Positions 48,158 to 58,391 are shown, numbered from the stretch's first letter. The stretch: 64,000 nucleotides of DNA from an uncultured Planctomycetales bacterium (GCA_964612665.1 CAZTCI010000001.1:316896-380895); one strand, 5' to 3'. Translations and numbers: made by a program. Notes: generated by a model not told the origin, from the letters alone.

Positions 48158-48567
48158 TTACCTTCCAGCTCCGCCGACGATTTTCGCTGAGGAATAAGGT
48201 TGACCATGAGCCGAATGGCTTTTAAAACGTCTTCAATGCGGCAGGGCTTGGTGATATAGTGGTCGGCTTCGAGAGAAAAACCTTTTTGCATGTCCGTCAG
48301 TTCATTTAAGGCCGAAATAATAATGACCGGCTGCCATTTGGTTGAAGGCGGTTGTTCTCTGAGTTTTTTTAAAACCGAAAAGCCGTCCATGCGCGGCATG
48401 GTTAAGTCGAGGAGAATAATGTCTGGGATTTCTTGAACGATCAAGTCCCAGGCTTCGAGCCCGTCGTTAGCGGTGATAACATCATAACCTTCCATGCGAA
48501 TTTTCTTGGCCATGATATCGAGAACATCTCTTTCATCATCGGCCATTAAGATTTTCATTTTGTCCAT
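48154..48567 (-). CDS. stand-alone response-regulator receiver domain (CheY-like)
   Basis: 137 aa REC domain (ILMADDERDVLDIM...DIILLDLTMPRMDG) with no output domain. It overlaps the hydrolase gene by 4 nt. Confidence 0.8.
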   Translation of the reverse strand: MDKMKILMADDERDVLDIMAKKIRMEGYDVITANDGLEAWDLIVQEIPDIILLDLTMPRMDGFSVLKKLREQPPSTKWQPVIIISALNELTDMQKGFSLEADHYITKPCRIEDVLKAIRLMVNLIPQRKSSAELEGK

Positions 48568-48636
48568 TTTAGTTCCCCGGTTATTGCGTTGCCTATTTGT
48601 GAATTCTACGGCGCAAGAATTTTTGGCAACTCATTA

Positions 48637-49113
48637 TTATTTTCTAGCAGAAGAATAATTTTTCAAGTCATAGTTAATATCGAGCGACGGAATAAGGTGT
48701 TTATCAATCGTGACATTGGCTTTATGGAAAAAATCTGTCGCCATTGTATCGTGATAGTCGGAAAAAACAACGACCCGTTTGACGCCGGCCGTGATCAATG
48801 CTTTAGCGCAGGTCGTACAAGGCATATTGGTCACATAAGCGGTCGCGCCGTCGACGGCGTGGCCGCGTTTGGCGGCTTGGACAAGCGCGTTCATTTCAGC
48901 GTGAACTGTTCTCACGCAATGATTATCAACGACAAGACAGCCAACATCTTCACAATGATCATCACCGGGAATCGAACCGTTATACCCAGTTGCAATCACA
49001 TTTTTATTTTTCGCCAGCACACATCCGCAATGCATCCGCGGACACGTCGCGCGTTCGGAAGCGAGCATAGCCAGTTTTAAAAAGTATTCATCCCAGTCTG
49101 GTCGTTTTGGCAT
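48637..49113 (-). CDS. dCMP/CMP deaminase (zinc-dependent, ComEB-like)
   Basis: HAEMNAL...PCTTCAKAL zinc-binding motifs. Confidence 0.85.
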   Translation of the reverse strand: MPKRPDWDEYFLKLAMLASERATCPRMHCGCVLAKNKNVIATGYNGSIPGDDHCEDVGCLVVDNHCVRTVHAEMNALVQAAKRGHAVDGATAYVTNMPCTTCAKALITAGVKRVVVFSDYHDTMATDFFHKANVTIDKHLIPSLDINYDLKNYSSARK

Positions 49114-49216
49114 CGTTGTCGGTTCCTTTCTTTATCGTCGTTGGGAGTTCGTTAGTTCGTGGGATTCGTTCTTTTAATTTGCGAAACGATTCGAGCCCAA
49201 GGCTGATGCTTAGTCA

Positions 49217-49507
49217 TTAACGAAAAAATCCTAAGTTTTCTAGTTCCACCAAGATCAAAGGAGTGAACAATAAAACCCATCCTATCATTACAATAAAACC
49301 AGCTGGCGTCGAGCGGATAGGAACAAATTTTATTAAACCGTTAAATCCACCAAGATATTCTCCAAACCAAATGCAAGCCAACGGCAAAATCAAAAAACCG
49401 ATAATTCCCCACCCTCTTACTATCAAGTAAAAACAACTAACCATAAGAGAAACTATCTTTCGTTTATTATCACGCAACCAATCAAAATACTTTTGATTTG
49501 ATTTCAA
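49217..49507 (-). CDS. small hypothetical membrane protein
   Basis: 96 aa with three predicted TM helices and no recognised motif. Confidence 0.3.
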   Translation of the reverse strand: MKSNQKYFDWLRDNKRKIVSLMVSCFYLIVRGWGIIGFLILPLACIWFGEYLGGFNGLIKFVPIRSTPAGFIVMIGWVLLFTPLILVELENLGFFR

Positions 49508-49558
49508 ATTAGAATATTAAGTAATGCTTGTCGATGTTCGCTTAAAATTAATAAAGTT

Positions 49559-50188
49559 TCAAAACAGTGTAAAAGTACCTTTCTTGAGACAAAAGGCGAG
49601 CATCATGGCACTGATGGCCACGCACCAACTACAGAGAATTCTTATACCAATCTCAAAGGAGCGGTTTTTTATACTCTTTAATAAAAAAACAAATAACATA
49701 AAACTTGCAACCGCTGCCAGGATAACGCCGATTGAAAAAAACATTAATCGTCTAACGGGCAAATCCATTTCAAAAAAATTGGCTGTTCCAAAACAAATTC
49801 CATGAATAAAACTTATCAAAAAAATCAAGCTTTCATGAATTCGTAATTTTAATGCACCTATCACACCCATAAAAAAAATAAGCATCAACGTCGTCAAGGA
49901 TAATGGCTCATTCATTTTATTGATGTGTTTAACCCAAACGCCCGTCAGAATTGAAAAAACTAAAATAATTAAAACAACTTTAACTAAATGTTCTCTATCA
50001 ATTAGGTTTTGACTTATTCCACAGCTATATGCTAGCAGTAAAAGCAAAATAATGGGATGGGCCCAGGCATTCAAAATCCCTGAGAAAACAAAGCTGTTTT
50101 TCACGACCATGTGCGCATAAACGGGCGCCGCAAAAATCATAGAAGCCGCACCAAGAATCATTCCTAAAATAATACTATTACCGCGCAT
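49559..50188 (-). CDS. HupE/UreJ-like membrane protein (paralog 2)
   Basis: Signal peptide followed by AH at the mature N-terminus and 5-6 TM helices with His/Gly-rich segments. Tandem to a clearer HupE/UreJ gene. Confidence 0.5.
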   Translation of the reverse strand: MRGNSIILGMILGAASMIFAAPVYAHMVVKNSFVFSGILNAWAHPIILLLLLAYSCGISQNLIDREHLVKVVLIILVFSILTGVWVKHINKMNEPLSLTTLMLIFFMGVIGALKLRIHESLIFLISFIHGICFGTANFFEMDLPVRRLMFFSIGVILAAVASFMLFVFLLKSIKNRSFEIGIRILCSWCVAISAMMLAFCLKKGTFTLF

Positions 50189-50197
50189 AACAGCATT

Positions 50198-50800
50198 TTA
50201 TCCTGATGACATCAATTGAAAGAACAGAAAAATTCCCGCCCCCATTATTCCTAGCCCCAAAGCTTTTATAATTTTTTCTCCCGGCGGAAGTTTAACAACA
50301 TAACCAATGCCAATACCAGTTAAATGAAGCAAACCAGTTGCCGTGACAAATCCAATACTAAATCCAACGGCATTAGCGTAATTGGGCATCTCATGGCCAT
50401 GGGCATATCCATGAAAGAAAGCAAAGAAAGATACGATCGCTGAAGAAACACCGACGGGTGGCCGCCACTTTAAAGCAATCACGAGCCCTAAAGTTATAAC
50501 CGAGATCACAATACCTAGTTCAACAAAGTTCAGCGGCAACCCCAAAATACCCCAAACGGCGCCGATTGACATAACAAGAGGAAAAGCAACCGGCAACATC
50601 CAAAGTGACGGAGGACCTAACACCGCTCCCCAAATTCCGACGGACAGCATCGCCAAAATGTGATCCAATCCAGTGATTGGATGGAAAAAACCAGAAGAGA
50701 AATCTCCTTTCATGCCTGAACCTAAGTGAGCGTAACTATTCTGACACCAAAAGAAATAAAATAATGCAAAGAAATAGAAAACCATTTTTCTTTTGAACAT
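50198..50800 (-). CDS. hupE: HupE/UreJ-family Ni/Co transporter accessory membrane protein
   Basis: Characteristic N-terminal motif AHLGSGMKGDFSSGFFHPITGLDHILAMLSVGIWGA after a signal peptide. A second His cluster (FHGYAHGHEM) is present. Confidence 0.75.
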   Translation of the reverse strand: MFKRKMVFYFFALFYFFWCQNSYAHLGSGMKGDFSSGFFHPITGLDHILAMLSVGIWGAVLGPPSLWMLPVAFPLVMSIGAVWGILGLPLNFVELGIVISVITLGLVIALKWRPPVGVSSAIVSFFAFFHGYAHGHEMPNYANAVGFSIGFVTATGLLHLTGIGIGYVVKLPPGEKIIKALGLGIMGAGIFLFFQLMSSG

Positions 50801-50843
50801 TATTTTTTCCCTTTCTATGCCCGTCCACAAAAGAAACTAGTAA

Positions 50844-51824
50844 TCAATATTTTCCCCGTATATGAAAAATAACTTCCTTGCTATAAAATTCCTTTAATTG
50901 TTCATGAAGTTCTTTAGATAATGGCGGCAAATTGCTCACAGCGGCGTTTTCCTGCGCTTGCTTTGGGCTAGTTGCCCCAGGAATGATAACGCTCACCGCA
51001 TCGTGATCAAGAATCCAGCGCAGTGCCATTTGCGCAAGCGTCATTCCCTTCGGGACAAACTTTTTTAATTCATTCGCCAGTTCAACGCCTTTTTCAAACG
51101 GAATGCCGGCGAAGGTTTCTCCGACGTTAAAAGCCTGGCCGTCGCGGTTATAGGTGCGGTGGTCGCTTTCTTTAAATGTTGTTTTGGCGGTGAATTTTCC
51201 GGTCAATAATCCAGAAGCCATCGGCAAGCGGGCAATTAAACCAATTTCTTTCGCTTTGGCTTTTTCGAAAACAAGTTCTGCGGGTTTTTGGCGGAAGATA
51301 TTAAAAATGATTTGCAGGCTGGCGGCATCTTCTTTCTCCAAACAAAAAAGCATTTCTTCGACGGTCTCAACGCTCAGTCCGAAATGCTTGACCTTTCCTT
51401 CCTTTTTTAAGATGGTAATCCATTCCCACAGCTCTGGTTTTTTTATAAAATCAAACGGGATCGAATGAATCTGCATTAAGTCAATGCGGTCAACCTGTAA
51501 ACGCTCGAGCGAACCTTCAATGAATTGTTTGAAATTAAAGAGCCGAAAATTTTTAGGCCAGCCAGGATTAGGCGAGCGGGCCATTTTGGTTGCAACGACA
51601 ATTTTTTCCGAACAGCCTTTCAGAAAATTCCCAATATATTTTTCGCTCAGTCCCTGGCCATAAATATCAGCGGTATCAAAGAAACGCACGCCATTGTCGA
51701 CGGCAGCACTCATAATCGCATGGGCGGTCTTTTCGTCCATTCCGCCCCAGTCGGCGCCGAACTGCCAGGTGCCTAAACCGACTTCGGAAATCTCGATACC
51801 CGTTTTACCGAATTCTCGATATTT
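50844..51824 (-). CDS. aldo/keto reductase
   Basis: AKR (beta/alpha)8 signatures (FGKTGIEISEVGLGTWQFG, FDTADIYG). Confidence 0.85.
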   Translation of the reverse strand, partial: KYREFGKTGIEISEVGLGTWQFGADWGGMDEKTAHAIMSAAVDNGVRFFDTADIYGQGLSEKYIGNFLKGCSEKIVVATKMARSPNPGWPKNFRLFNFKQFIEGSLERLQVDRIDLMQIHSIPFDFIKKPELWEWITILKKEGKVKHFGLSVETVEEMLFCLEKEDAASLQIIFNIFRQKPAELVFEKAKAKEIGLIARLPMASGLLTGKFTAKTTFKESDHRTYNRDGQAFNVGETFAGIPFEKGVELANELKKFVPKGMTLAQMALRWILDHDAVSVIIPGATSPKQAQENAAVSNLPPLSKELHEQLKEFYSKEVIFHIRGKY

Positions 51825-51929
51825 CATTATGGCCTCATTTAGAATCAACAGACAGCCCAGCGGGCCGTCTCTACAATTGATCTGCCAGCGATTAGTATCT
51901 GCCGATGGCGTTAAATTTTAACATGTCCT

Positions 51930-52310
51930 TTAAAGATTTCTCATTTTTTTATCGCCGGTTTCTTGAGATTTGGATGTCCTATTATGGAAAATCTTAACGG
52001 TATACCGACGGCCATCGGACCACGGCCAGAGCATGGCGCAATGGGCATCATTTTCTTTTTGACGATAATAGAGTGTTTGGTCATCACGAATGCCGCCCCA
52101 GCGCGCGGCGTGCTTTTTGTCAGCGGAAGAAGGAACTTCGCCCGGCGCCTTAAATTGCTCGCCGAAAAATTTTTGTAACGCCAGATGCGTTTGCATAACA
52201 AGATCCGACATCATAACAAATTCACGCTGGCCGGGCGCGTTGATTCGGGATTCTACGACCGGGATTTGATCAATCTCATTGAGCAGATCGTTAAAGGTGG
52301 TAGCGGACAT
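51930..52310 (-). CDS. hypothetical protein
   Basis: 126 aa soluble protein with no motif I recognise (…CAMLWPWSDGRRYTVKIFHNRTS…). Confidence 0.4.
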   Translation of the reverse strand: MSATTFNDLLNEIDQIPVVESRINAPGQREFVMMSDLVMQTHLALQKFFGEQFKAPGEVPSSADKKHAARWGGIRDDQTLYYRQKENDAHCAMLWPWSDGRRYTVKIFHNRTSKSQETGDKKMRNL

Positions 52311-52358
52311 CGCGTCTTCCTTTCAGATTAAGGTGATTCGATCAAATGAGAGAATTGA

Positions 52359-53444
52359 TTAGAACTTTTTTTCATCGGCTACTTTTCCATCGATAAAATG
52401 GGTTGTGGCGATAAGTTTTTCATCTGGATCGAAATTTTTAAAAACGCCTTGCGGACGGTTTTCTTCAAAACGGCCTTCAGATTTCAGCGTGCCGTCGTTG
52501 TAATATTCTTTGTAGGCGCCCTCTTTTTTTCCGTCTTTTAAGTCGACTACTTGCCATAAATTACCGCTGCGATAAAACATGGCGCGCAGCGTATCCGTGA
52601 TCTGACCATGATTCATATGCAATTGGGTTAACAGCTCGCCGTTTTTGTGAAATGTCTGAACCGTACCATGGATGATATCGTTTTCATACGGGGCGACACG
52701 TTTTAAATCACCAGAATGATAGTACGTTTTACTTAAACCTTGGTGCTCGCCGTCGATCGCGCCCCAGGCTTCGATGAGAGAACCACGCGAATCGTATTCG
52801 CGGATGATTCCTTTTTGGCGGTTGTTGTTAAATGTTGTCTCAATGCGTAAGTTTCCCATGGCATCATATTCCTTCATCTTGCCCCACGCTTTGCCCTGTT
52901 TGTATTCTTGCACAAGATAAAGGCTGCCGTCATCTCGGTATTCTTTGGCCACGCCATCCGGAGATCCTCGGCGGAAATTGGTTTCATATTTGATCTGGCT
53001 GTTATCGTAATAAAATTTTAAAGAACCATCTAATTGCCCGGCTTCGTAGTAAGCGTCCATCTTTAACCGGCCGCTGGGATAGTAGGCGCGGACAGGTCCG
53101 TCTAAAAGTCCGTCTTTAAAATTACCTTCGCCCATTAATTGGCCGCTAGGATAATAAGTATTAAACCCTCTGTTTAATGCGTTGTTCTCATAAATTACCC
53201 GGCGGAAGGGCCGGCCGTCGGGGTAATCTTCGTGGTAGGTGCCGTCAGGAATAATTTCGGCGCCGTCTTTAAAAATGCGCTGGGCGTCGGCGGGGGGGAT
53301 GAATGAGAGGACGAAAAGAAGGACGAATAAAATAGACGGGCCAGGCCCCGCGCTCCGGACGCCGGGCCTGGCCCTGCCTAACCATTCGCCTCGCCTATTT
53401 CCGACTAAATTTAAATTCACCCGTCTTCTTATCCACATCCACAT
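52359..53444 (-). CDS. secreted MORN-variant repeat protein (YwqK-like)
   Basis: About 11 tandem units of the 23-aa MORN-variant repeat pattern (YYxSGxLxxEGxFKDGkxxGxxKxY). A signal peptide follows an Arg-rich N-terminal region. The start is ambiguous because the upstream part of the ORF overlaps the clpB 3' end and a GC hairpin. Confidence 0.7.
   Translation of the reverse strand: MWMWIRRRVNLNLVGNRRGEWLGRARPGVRSAGPGPSILFVLLFVLSFIPPADAQRIFKDGAEIIPDGTYHEDYPDGRPFRRVIYENNALNRGFNTYYPSGQLMGEGNFKDGLLDGPVRAYYPSGRLKMDAYYEAGQLDGSLKFYYDNSQIKYETNFRRGSPDGVAKEYRDDGSLYLVQEYKQGKAWGKMKEYDAMGNLRIETTFNNNRQKGIIREYDSRGSLIEAWGAIDGEHQGLSKTYYHSGDLKRVAPYENDIIHGTVQTFHKNGELLTQLHMNHGQITDTLRAMFYRSGNLWQVVDLKDGKKEGAYKEYYNDGTLKSEGRFEENRPQGVFKNFDPDEKLIATTHFIDGKVADEKKF
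53338..53375 (-). terminator. clpB intrinsic terminator-like hairpin (embedded in the annotated N-terminus of the MORN ORF)
   Basis: GC stem gggccaggccccgcg / cgccgggcctggccc (14 of 15 bp) with a 7-nt loop, about 20 nt after the clpB stop. On the minus strand it is followed by ucuauuuuauuc. Confidence 0.45.
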
Positions 53445-55974
53445 CAACCGCGTCATGTTCTTTAACTTCACCTTTAAGAATTTTAATCGCCAAAGGATCC
53501 TGAATATATTTTTGGATCGTCCGTTTTAAAGGACGCGCACCGTAGATAGGATCATACCCTAATTCCGCTAGTTTGTCCTTAGCCATTTTAGTTAATGTCA
53601 AACGAATATCTTTCTCGGCCAAACGGCTTTGCAGGTATTTCATTTGAATCTCAACGATTCGGCTGATGTCTTCTTTCTTAAGACGGTTAAAGATGACGAC
53701 CTCATCAATCCGGTTTAAAAACTCCGGGCGGAAATGATTTTTCAAAACTTGTTCAATCCGCGATTCGATTTCTTTTTTATCGTCGGATTCCATGATGAGT
53801 TCAGTTCCAATGTTGGACGTCATAATGATAATCGTATTTTTAAAATTAACGACCCGCCCTTGCCCGTCGGTCAATCGGCCGTCATCAAGAATCTGTAGAA
53901 GCGCGTTAAAAACATCGTGGTGCGCTTTTTCGATTTCATCAAAGAGCACAACCGCGTAAGGGCGGCGCCGAACCGCTTCCGTCAGCTGCCCGCCTTCTTC
54001 ATAACCCACATAACCCGGCGGCGCGCCGATCAAACGCGAAACGCTGTGTTTTTCCATATACTCACTCATATCAATACGAACGATCGCGCTCTCATCATCG
54101 AACAAAAACCACGCCAGTGATTTGGCCAGCTCAGTTTTGCCAACGCCCGTCGGGCCGATAAAAAGAAATGAACCCATCGGTCGATTAGGATCGCTTAAAC
54201 CCGTGCGCGACCGGCGGATCGCGGATGACACCAGTTCAACCGCTTCATCCTGACCAATCACGCGTTCTTTAAGACTCTTTTCTATATTGATCAGTTTTTC
54301 TGTTTCGCCTTCCATTAATTTAGATAAAGGAATTTTTGTCCACTTCGAAACAATCTCGGCGATGTCCTGGTCATCGACTTCTTCTTTAAGCATCGAGCCG
54401 CTTTTTTGTAATTGAGCCAAAAGTTTATTTTGAGCTTCCAGTTCTTTTTGAAGGTTAATTAATGTTCCGTAACGAATCTCGGCGACTTTATCGAGATTAC
54501 CTTGTTTCTCAGCTTTCGTCTCTTCTATTTTCTTTTGTTCAATCTCAGCTTTGATTTTGCGGATTTTGTCGATAACTTCTTTTTCACTCTGCCAGCGCAA
54601 GCGCAATTTTTTGTTTTCTTCTTTTAAATCCTGCAGCTCGAGATCCAATTTCGTAAGCCTTTGTTTGGAAGCTTCATCGCGTTCTTTTTTTAAAGCCTGA
54701 CGTTCAATCTCAAGCTGGCGAATCCGCCGCTCGTTGACATCCAATTCCTGGGGCATGCTGTCAATTTCAATTCGTAATCGTGACGCCGCTTCATCAATCA
54801 AATCAATCGCCTTATCCGGCAAAAACCGGTCGGTGATATAACGATGCGACAGTGTGGCGGCCGCGATGATCGCGGAATCTTGAATCCTTACACCGTGATG
54901 TACCTCATAACGTTCTTTAAGTCCGCGCAAGATGGCGATCGTATCCTCGACGGAAGGTTCATTCACTAAGACAGGTTGAAATCGCCGTTCAAGAGCGGCA
55001 TCTTTTTCAATATATTTCCGGTATTCATCCAACGTGGTCGCGCCGATGCAGCGCAACTGTCCGCGCGCCAGCGCCGGTTTAAGCATATTCGAAGCATCAA
55101 TCGCGCCTTCGGCTTTGCCGGCGCCGACAATTGTGTGCAACTCGTCGATAAAAAGAATAACTTCTCCACCCCGGCCTTCAATCTCTTTTAAAACCGCTTT
55201 CAAACGGTCTTCAAATTCGCCGCGGTATTTAGTCCCCGCAATGAGCGCGCCCATATCAAGCGCAATGACCCGTTTATTTTTTAAACCTTCAGGAACATCG
55301 CCTGAAAAAACCCGCTGGGCAAGGCCTTCAACGATTGCGGTTTTGCCAACGCCCGGCTCGCCGATTAAAACCGGATTATTCTTTGTCCGTCGGGAAAGCA
55401 CTTGAATGACCCGCCGGATTTCTTCATCACGGCCGATGACCGGATCAAGCTTTCCGCGATTGGCCAGATCAGTTAAATCACGGCCGTATTTTTCCAACGC
55501 CTGGTATTTTTCTTCTGGATTCATATCCGTCACCCGTTGATTGCCTCTTAAATTTTTTAAAATGTTTAAAATATCTTCTTGTTTGATTCCATTTTTCTTT
55601 AATTCCCGGCTGAAAAAACTATTGGCTTCTTCATACATCGCCAGGAGAACATGTTCCTGCGAAACGTAATCATCCTTCATGTTCACGGCTAACTTTTGGG
55701 CCTGAGTTAAAACAGCGTTAAACCGCTGTGATAAAAACGGACTTTGCCCCTCGACCTTGGGTTTTCCCTGCAATTCGTCCTCGAGGTTTTTCAAAAGTTT
55801 ATCTCTATTAATTCCTAATTTATTTAGAATGGAAGGAACAAGACCGGCGTCTTCTTGTAAAAAAGCAATGAGCACATGCTCCGGCTCGATTTGCTGATGA
55901 CCTAATTCCTCGGCGAATTGAAGCGCTCCTTGGATGGCTTCTTGAGTTTTGATCGTAAATTTATCTAAACGCAT
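53395..55974 (-). CDS. clpB: chaperone ClpB (Hsp104-type disaggregase)
   Basis: 859 aa with a Clp-N domain, two AAA+ modules ([16 protein letters not shown]) and a long coiled-coil M-domain between them. Confidence 0.95.
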   Translation of the reverse strand: MRLDKFTIKTQEAIQGALQFAEELGHQQIEPEHVLIAFLQEDAGLVPSILNKLGINRDKLLKNLEDELQGKPKVEGQSPFLSQRFNAVLTQAQKLAVNMKDDYVSQEHVLLAMYEEANSFFSRELKKNGIKQEDILNILKNLRGNQRVTDMNPEEKYQALEKYGRDLTDLANRGKLDPVIGRDEEIRRVIQVLSRRTKNNPVLIGEPGVGKTAIVEGLAQRVFSGDVPEGLKNKRVIALDMGALIAGTKYRGEFEDRLKAVLKEIEGRGGEVILFIDELHTIVGAGKAEGAIDASNMLKPALARGQLRCIGATTLDEYRKYIEKDAALERRFQPVLVNEPSVEDTIAILRGLKERYEVHHGVRIQDSAIIAAATLSHRYITDRFLPDKAIDLIDEAASRLRIEIDSMPQELDVNERRIRQLEIERQALKKERDEASKQRLTKLDLELQDLKEENKKLRLRWQSEKEVIDKIRKIKAEIEQKKIEETKAEKQGNLDKVAEIRYGTLINLQKELEAQNKLLAQLQKSGSMLKEEVDDQDIAEIVSKWTKIPLSKLMEGETEKLINIEKSLKERVIGQDEAVELVSSAIRRSRTGLSDPNRPMGSFLFIGPTGVGKTELAKSLAWFLFDDESAIVRIDMSEYMEKHSVSRLIGAPPGYVGYEEGGQLTEAVRRRPYAVVLFDEIEKAHHDVFNALLQILDDGRLTDGQGRVVNFKNTIIIMTSNIGTELIMESDDKKEIESRIEQVLKNHFRPEFLNRIDEVVIFNRLKKEDISRIVEIQMKYLQSRLAEKDIRLTLTKMAKDKLAELGYDPIYGARPLKRTIQKYIQDPLAIKILKGEVKEHDAVDVDVDKKTGEFKFSRK

Positions 55975-56000
55975 TTAAGGCCTTTCTCCCGTAAACCGAC

Positions 56001-56069
56001 GGGCCTGCCGATAATCTAAAACAACAGGCAGGCCCTTTCTATTATCTATAATTTTTAAAATCATATCAA
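56001..56069 (-). promoter_or_regulatory. putative clpB promoter plus 5'-UTR hairpin
   Basis: On the minus strand the sequence is TTGATA-N17-GATAAT (approximately 56041-56069). It is followed by the stem gggcctgcc / ggcaggccc (56001-56035) and then the Shine-Dalgarno GGGAGAAAGG before the clpB ATG. No CIRCE element was found. Confidence 0.35.
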
Positions 56070-56095
56070 TTCCAATTTGATGCGTATTTCTCTTA

Positions 56096-57343
56096 TCAAA
56101 ATTTACTCGCCACCTGCGGCGGAACAGTCGCGCGGATGCGGACCGTGTTCGCCAAATATTTAATGGAGTGCACCTGGCCTTCTTTGTGGACCAGATTGAC
56201 CAGATCCATCCGGCTGATGGGAATCTTGACGTCGATGTCAACTAGATTGGGTGATAACATTGTAGAAATCATTTGAATGAGCTGGTCAATATTATCTCCT
56301 TTTAAAGCTGAAATTAAGACGGAATCGGGGAAACTTTCAACCAAATTTTTGGCAGCATCGTCGGATAAACGGTCTATTTTATTTAAAACGGTAATGCGCG
56401 GCTTGTCGCTCGCGCCTAATTCTTCCAGAACCTGGCAAACCGCTTCGTCAAAATTTCTAAAATTTGGATGACTGATATCTAAAACATGTAAAAGCAAATC
56501 AGCTTCTTGAACTTCTTCCAGCGTCGCTTTGAATGCTTCAATCAAATGGTGCGGCAAATCATGCATAAACCCGACGGTGTCCGAGAACACGACTTTTTGG
56601 TGATTAGGTAAAACAAATTGACGCGACAGCGAATCGAGTGTGGTGAAGACACCGTCCTGCGTTTGAGTTTGCGCGTTAGTCAAGGTATTTAACAGCGTCG
56701 ATTTTCCGGCATTAGTGTATCCGACGAGGGAAATTCCGTAAATATGGTGGTCTTGTCTTTTTTTGCGTTTGAGTTTCCGGTCGGAGGCAACTTCACGCAG
56801 CCAGTGTTTTAATTTACTGATACGTTCGGAAAGCCGGCGGCGATCGGTTTCCAATTTTGTTTCGCCAGGCCCGCGCGTTCCAATGCCGCCGCCCAACCGC
56901 GACATCTCAACGCCTTTTCCAGTCAAACGCGGCAAAAGATATTCCAGTTGAGCTAACTCAACTTGCATTTTACCTTCCTGGCTTCTTGCCCGACGAGCAA
57001 AGATATCGAGGATAACCTGCGTGCGGTCAATCGTCCGTTGACCAATGGCTTCTTCCAAATTTCTTTGCTGGCTTCCTTTTAAATCGTGGCTAAAAATGAC
57101 AACATCAACTGGATTATTCTGGCAGAACTCGGCGATCTCTTTTACTTTTCCTTCGCCGATTAAAAAATTAGCCGTTGGTTTTTGAAGCGAACACGTGATA
57201 GTTGAAACCGTTTCGCCGTCGCAGGCTTTTAATAATTCACTTAATTCTCCAAGCGTGTCGTCGATTGTCCAGTGTGTTTCCAAGGACGAACGGTTTGAGT
57301 GGTTTTTAAAGTCAACGCCGATTAATAGGGCTTTTTCTTTCAT
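56096..57343 (-). CDS. hflX: GTPase HflX
   Basis: HflX N-terminal domain plus a G domain (GYTNAGKSTLLN, DTVGF, NKID). Confidence 0.9.
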   Translation of the reverse strand: MKEKALLIGVDFKNHSNRSSLETHWTIDDTLGELSELLKACDGETVSTITCSLQKPTANFLIGEGKVKEIAEFCQNNPVDVVIFSHDLKGSQQRNLEEAIGQRTIDRTQVILDIFARRARSQEGKMQVELAQLEYLLPRLTGKGVEMSRLGGGIGTRGPGETKLETDRRRLSERISKLKHWLREVASDRKLKRKKRQDHHIYGISLVGYTNAGKSTLLNTLTNAQTQTQDGVFTTLDSLSRQFVLPNHQKVVFSDTVGFMHDLPHHLIEAFKATLEEVQEADLLLHVLDISHPNFRNFDEAVCQVLEELGASDKPRITVLNKIDRLSDDAAKNLVESFPDSVLISALKGDNIDQLIQMISTMLSPNLVDIDVKIPISRMDLVNLVHKEGQVHSIKYLANTVRIRATVPPQVASKF

Positions 57344-57361
57344 GTCTTTACCTTTATTTAT

Positions 57362-57448
57362 AAGAAGCAGAGAGGTAAGATGCAGAGAGGCAGAGATAAG
57401 AAAAAAATCTCTACTTCTTACTTCTCTGCTTCTCTACCTCTCTTGCGC
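57362..57448 (-). other. long imperfect AG-rich/CT-rich inverted repeat spanning the miaA stop and the hflX upstream region
   Basis: The left arm aagaagcagagaggtaagatgcagagaggcagagataag and the right arm tctctacttcttacttctctgcttctctacctctctt are largely complementary around an A7 loop. The right arm encodes the MiaA C-terminus. Confidence 0.35.
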
Positions 57449-58391
57449 TTGCTTCCAATTTTTCTCCAATTTCCTTTACTACCATTCTAGGAGTTCCCGC
57501 CGGCTCAAGCATAATCCACTCCAACCGCTTCTCCCGACGGAACCACGTCATCTGGCGCTTGGCGTATTGACGTGTTTGCTGTTTAATCATGTCTTTGGTT
57601 TCTTGAAGCGAACGTTCGCCGGCTAAATATTGATTGATCGCCTCAACGCCAATAATACCTTTTGCAGTTTGGCTCCAAGGGAAATGAACGCAATTTTTGA
57701 CCTCTTCAACAGCGCCGTCTTCAAACATTTGTTCTACACGTAAATTAATGGCTTTATAAAGTTGGGTGCGCTCTGTATTCAACGCAAAAATTTTAATATC
57801 GTAATGTCCCCAAATTCCCCGACGGTCCTTTTGACGTTCTGAAATCGGCTGGCCTTCGAGCATATGGACTTCCAAAGCTCGAATAATGCGCCGCCGGTCA
57901 TTCATGTGAATTTTAAGCGCAGCTTTTGGATCAACTTCCTTTAATTTATTATATAGCAACTCATTTCCCTTTTGATCGGCCAGTCTCTCTAATTTATTTC
58001 TTAGCAAAGTATCTCTAGGTGCGCCTTCAAAAATACCTTCCAGTAGAATCGTCATGTAGAGACCTGTTCCTCCGACGATAATAGGAGTCTTGTCTTTTTT
58101 TAAGATTTGAGTGATTTCCTTAAGGGCCTCTTTGTTAAAGCGAACAACGTCATATTCTTCAGTAATAGAAACGTGTCCAATCAAATGGTGGGGGATTTTC
58201 TTTAAAATTTCTGGCGATGGCTTGTTATTCAGGATTGAAATTTCTTTATAAACCTGCATCGAATCGCAGGAGATGATTTCGCCCTCGATCTGTTCAGCTA
58301 AAAGCAAAGCAACTTCACTTTTGCCGACTGCCGTTGGTCCGACGATGAAAATAATTTGGTGAGAATACATGGCGATCATTGCTACGGGCAT
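57411..58391 (-). CDS. miaA: tRNA dimethylallyltransferase MiaA
   Basis: P-loop GPTAVGKS, plus the MiaA core and C-terminal helical region. Confidence 0.9.
   Translation of the reverse strand: MPVAMIAMYSHQIIFIVGPTAVGKSEVALLLAEQIEGEIISCDSMQVYKEISILNNKPSPEILKKIPHHLIGHVSITEEYDVVRFNKEALKEITQILKKDKTPIIVGGTGLYMTILLEGIFEGAPRDTLLRNKLERLADQKGNELLYNKLKEVDPKAALKIHMNDRRRIIRALEVHMLEGQPISERQKDRRGIWGHYDIKIFALNTERTQLYKAINLRVEQMFEDGAVEEVKNCVHFPWSQTAKGIIGVEAINQYLAGERSLQETKDMIKQQTRQYAKRQMTWFRREKRLEWIMLEPAGTPRMVVKEIGEKLEASAREVEKQRSKK

Noticed and set aside
55975-56241. 88-aa ORF spanning the hflX-clpB intergenic region
   Set aside because: It overlaps the hflX 3' end and the promoter/hairpin region. Arg-rich with low complexity and no Shine-Dalgarno.
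57344-57410. An hfq gene hidden as a small ORF between miaA and hflX
   Set aside because: The gap is only 67 nt and is occupied by the AG/CT-rich palindrome. No Sm-motif (…GQ.L.G.I..FD.FM…) ORF is present on either strand.
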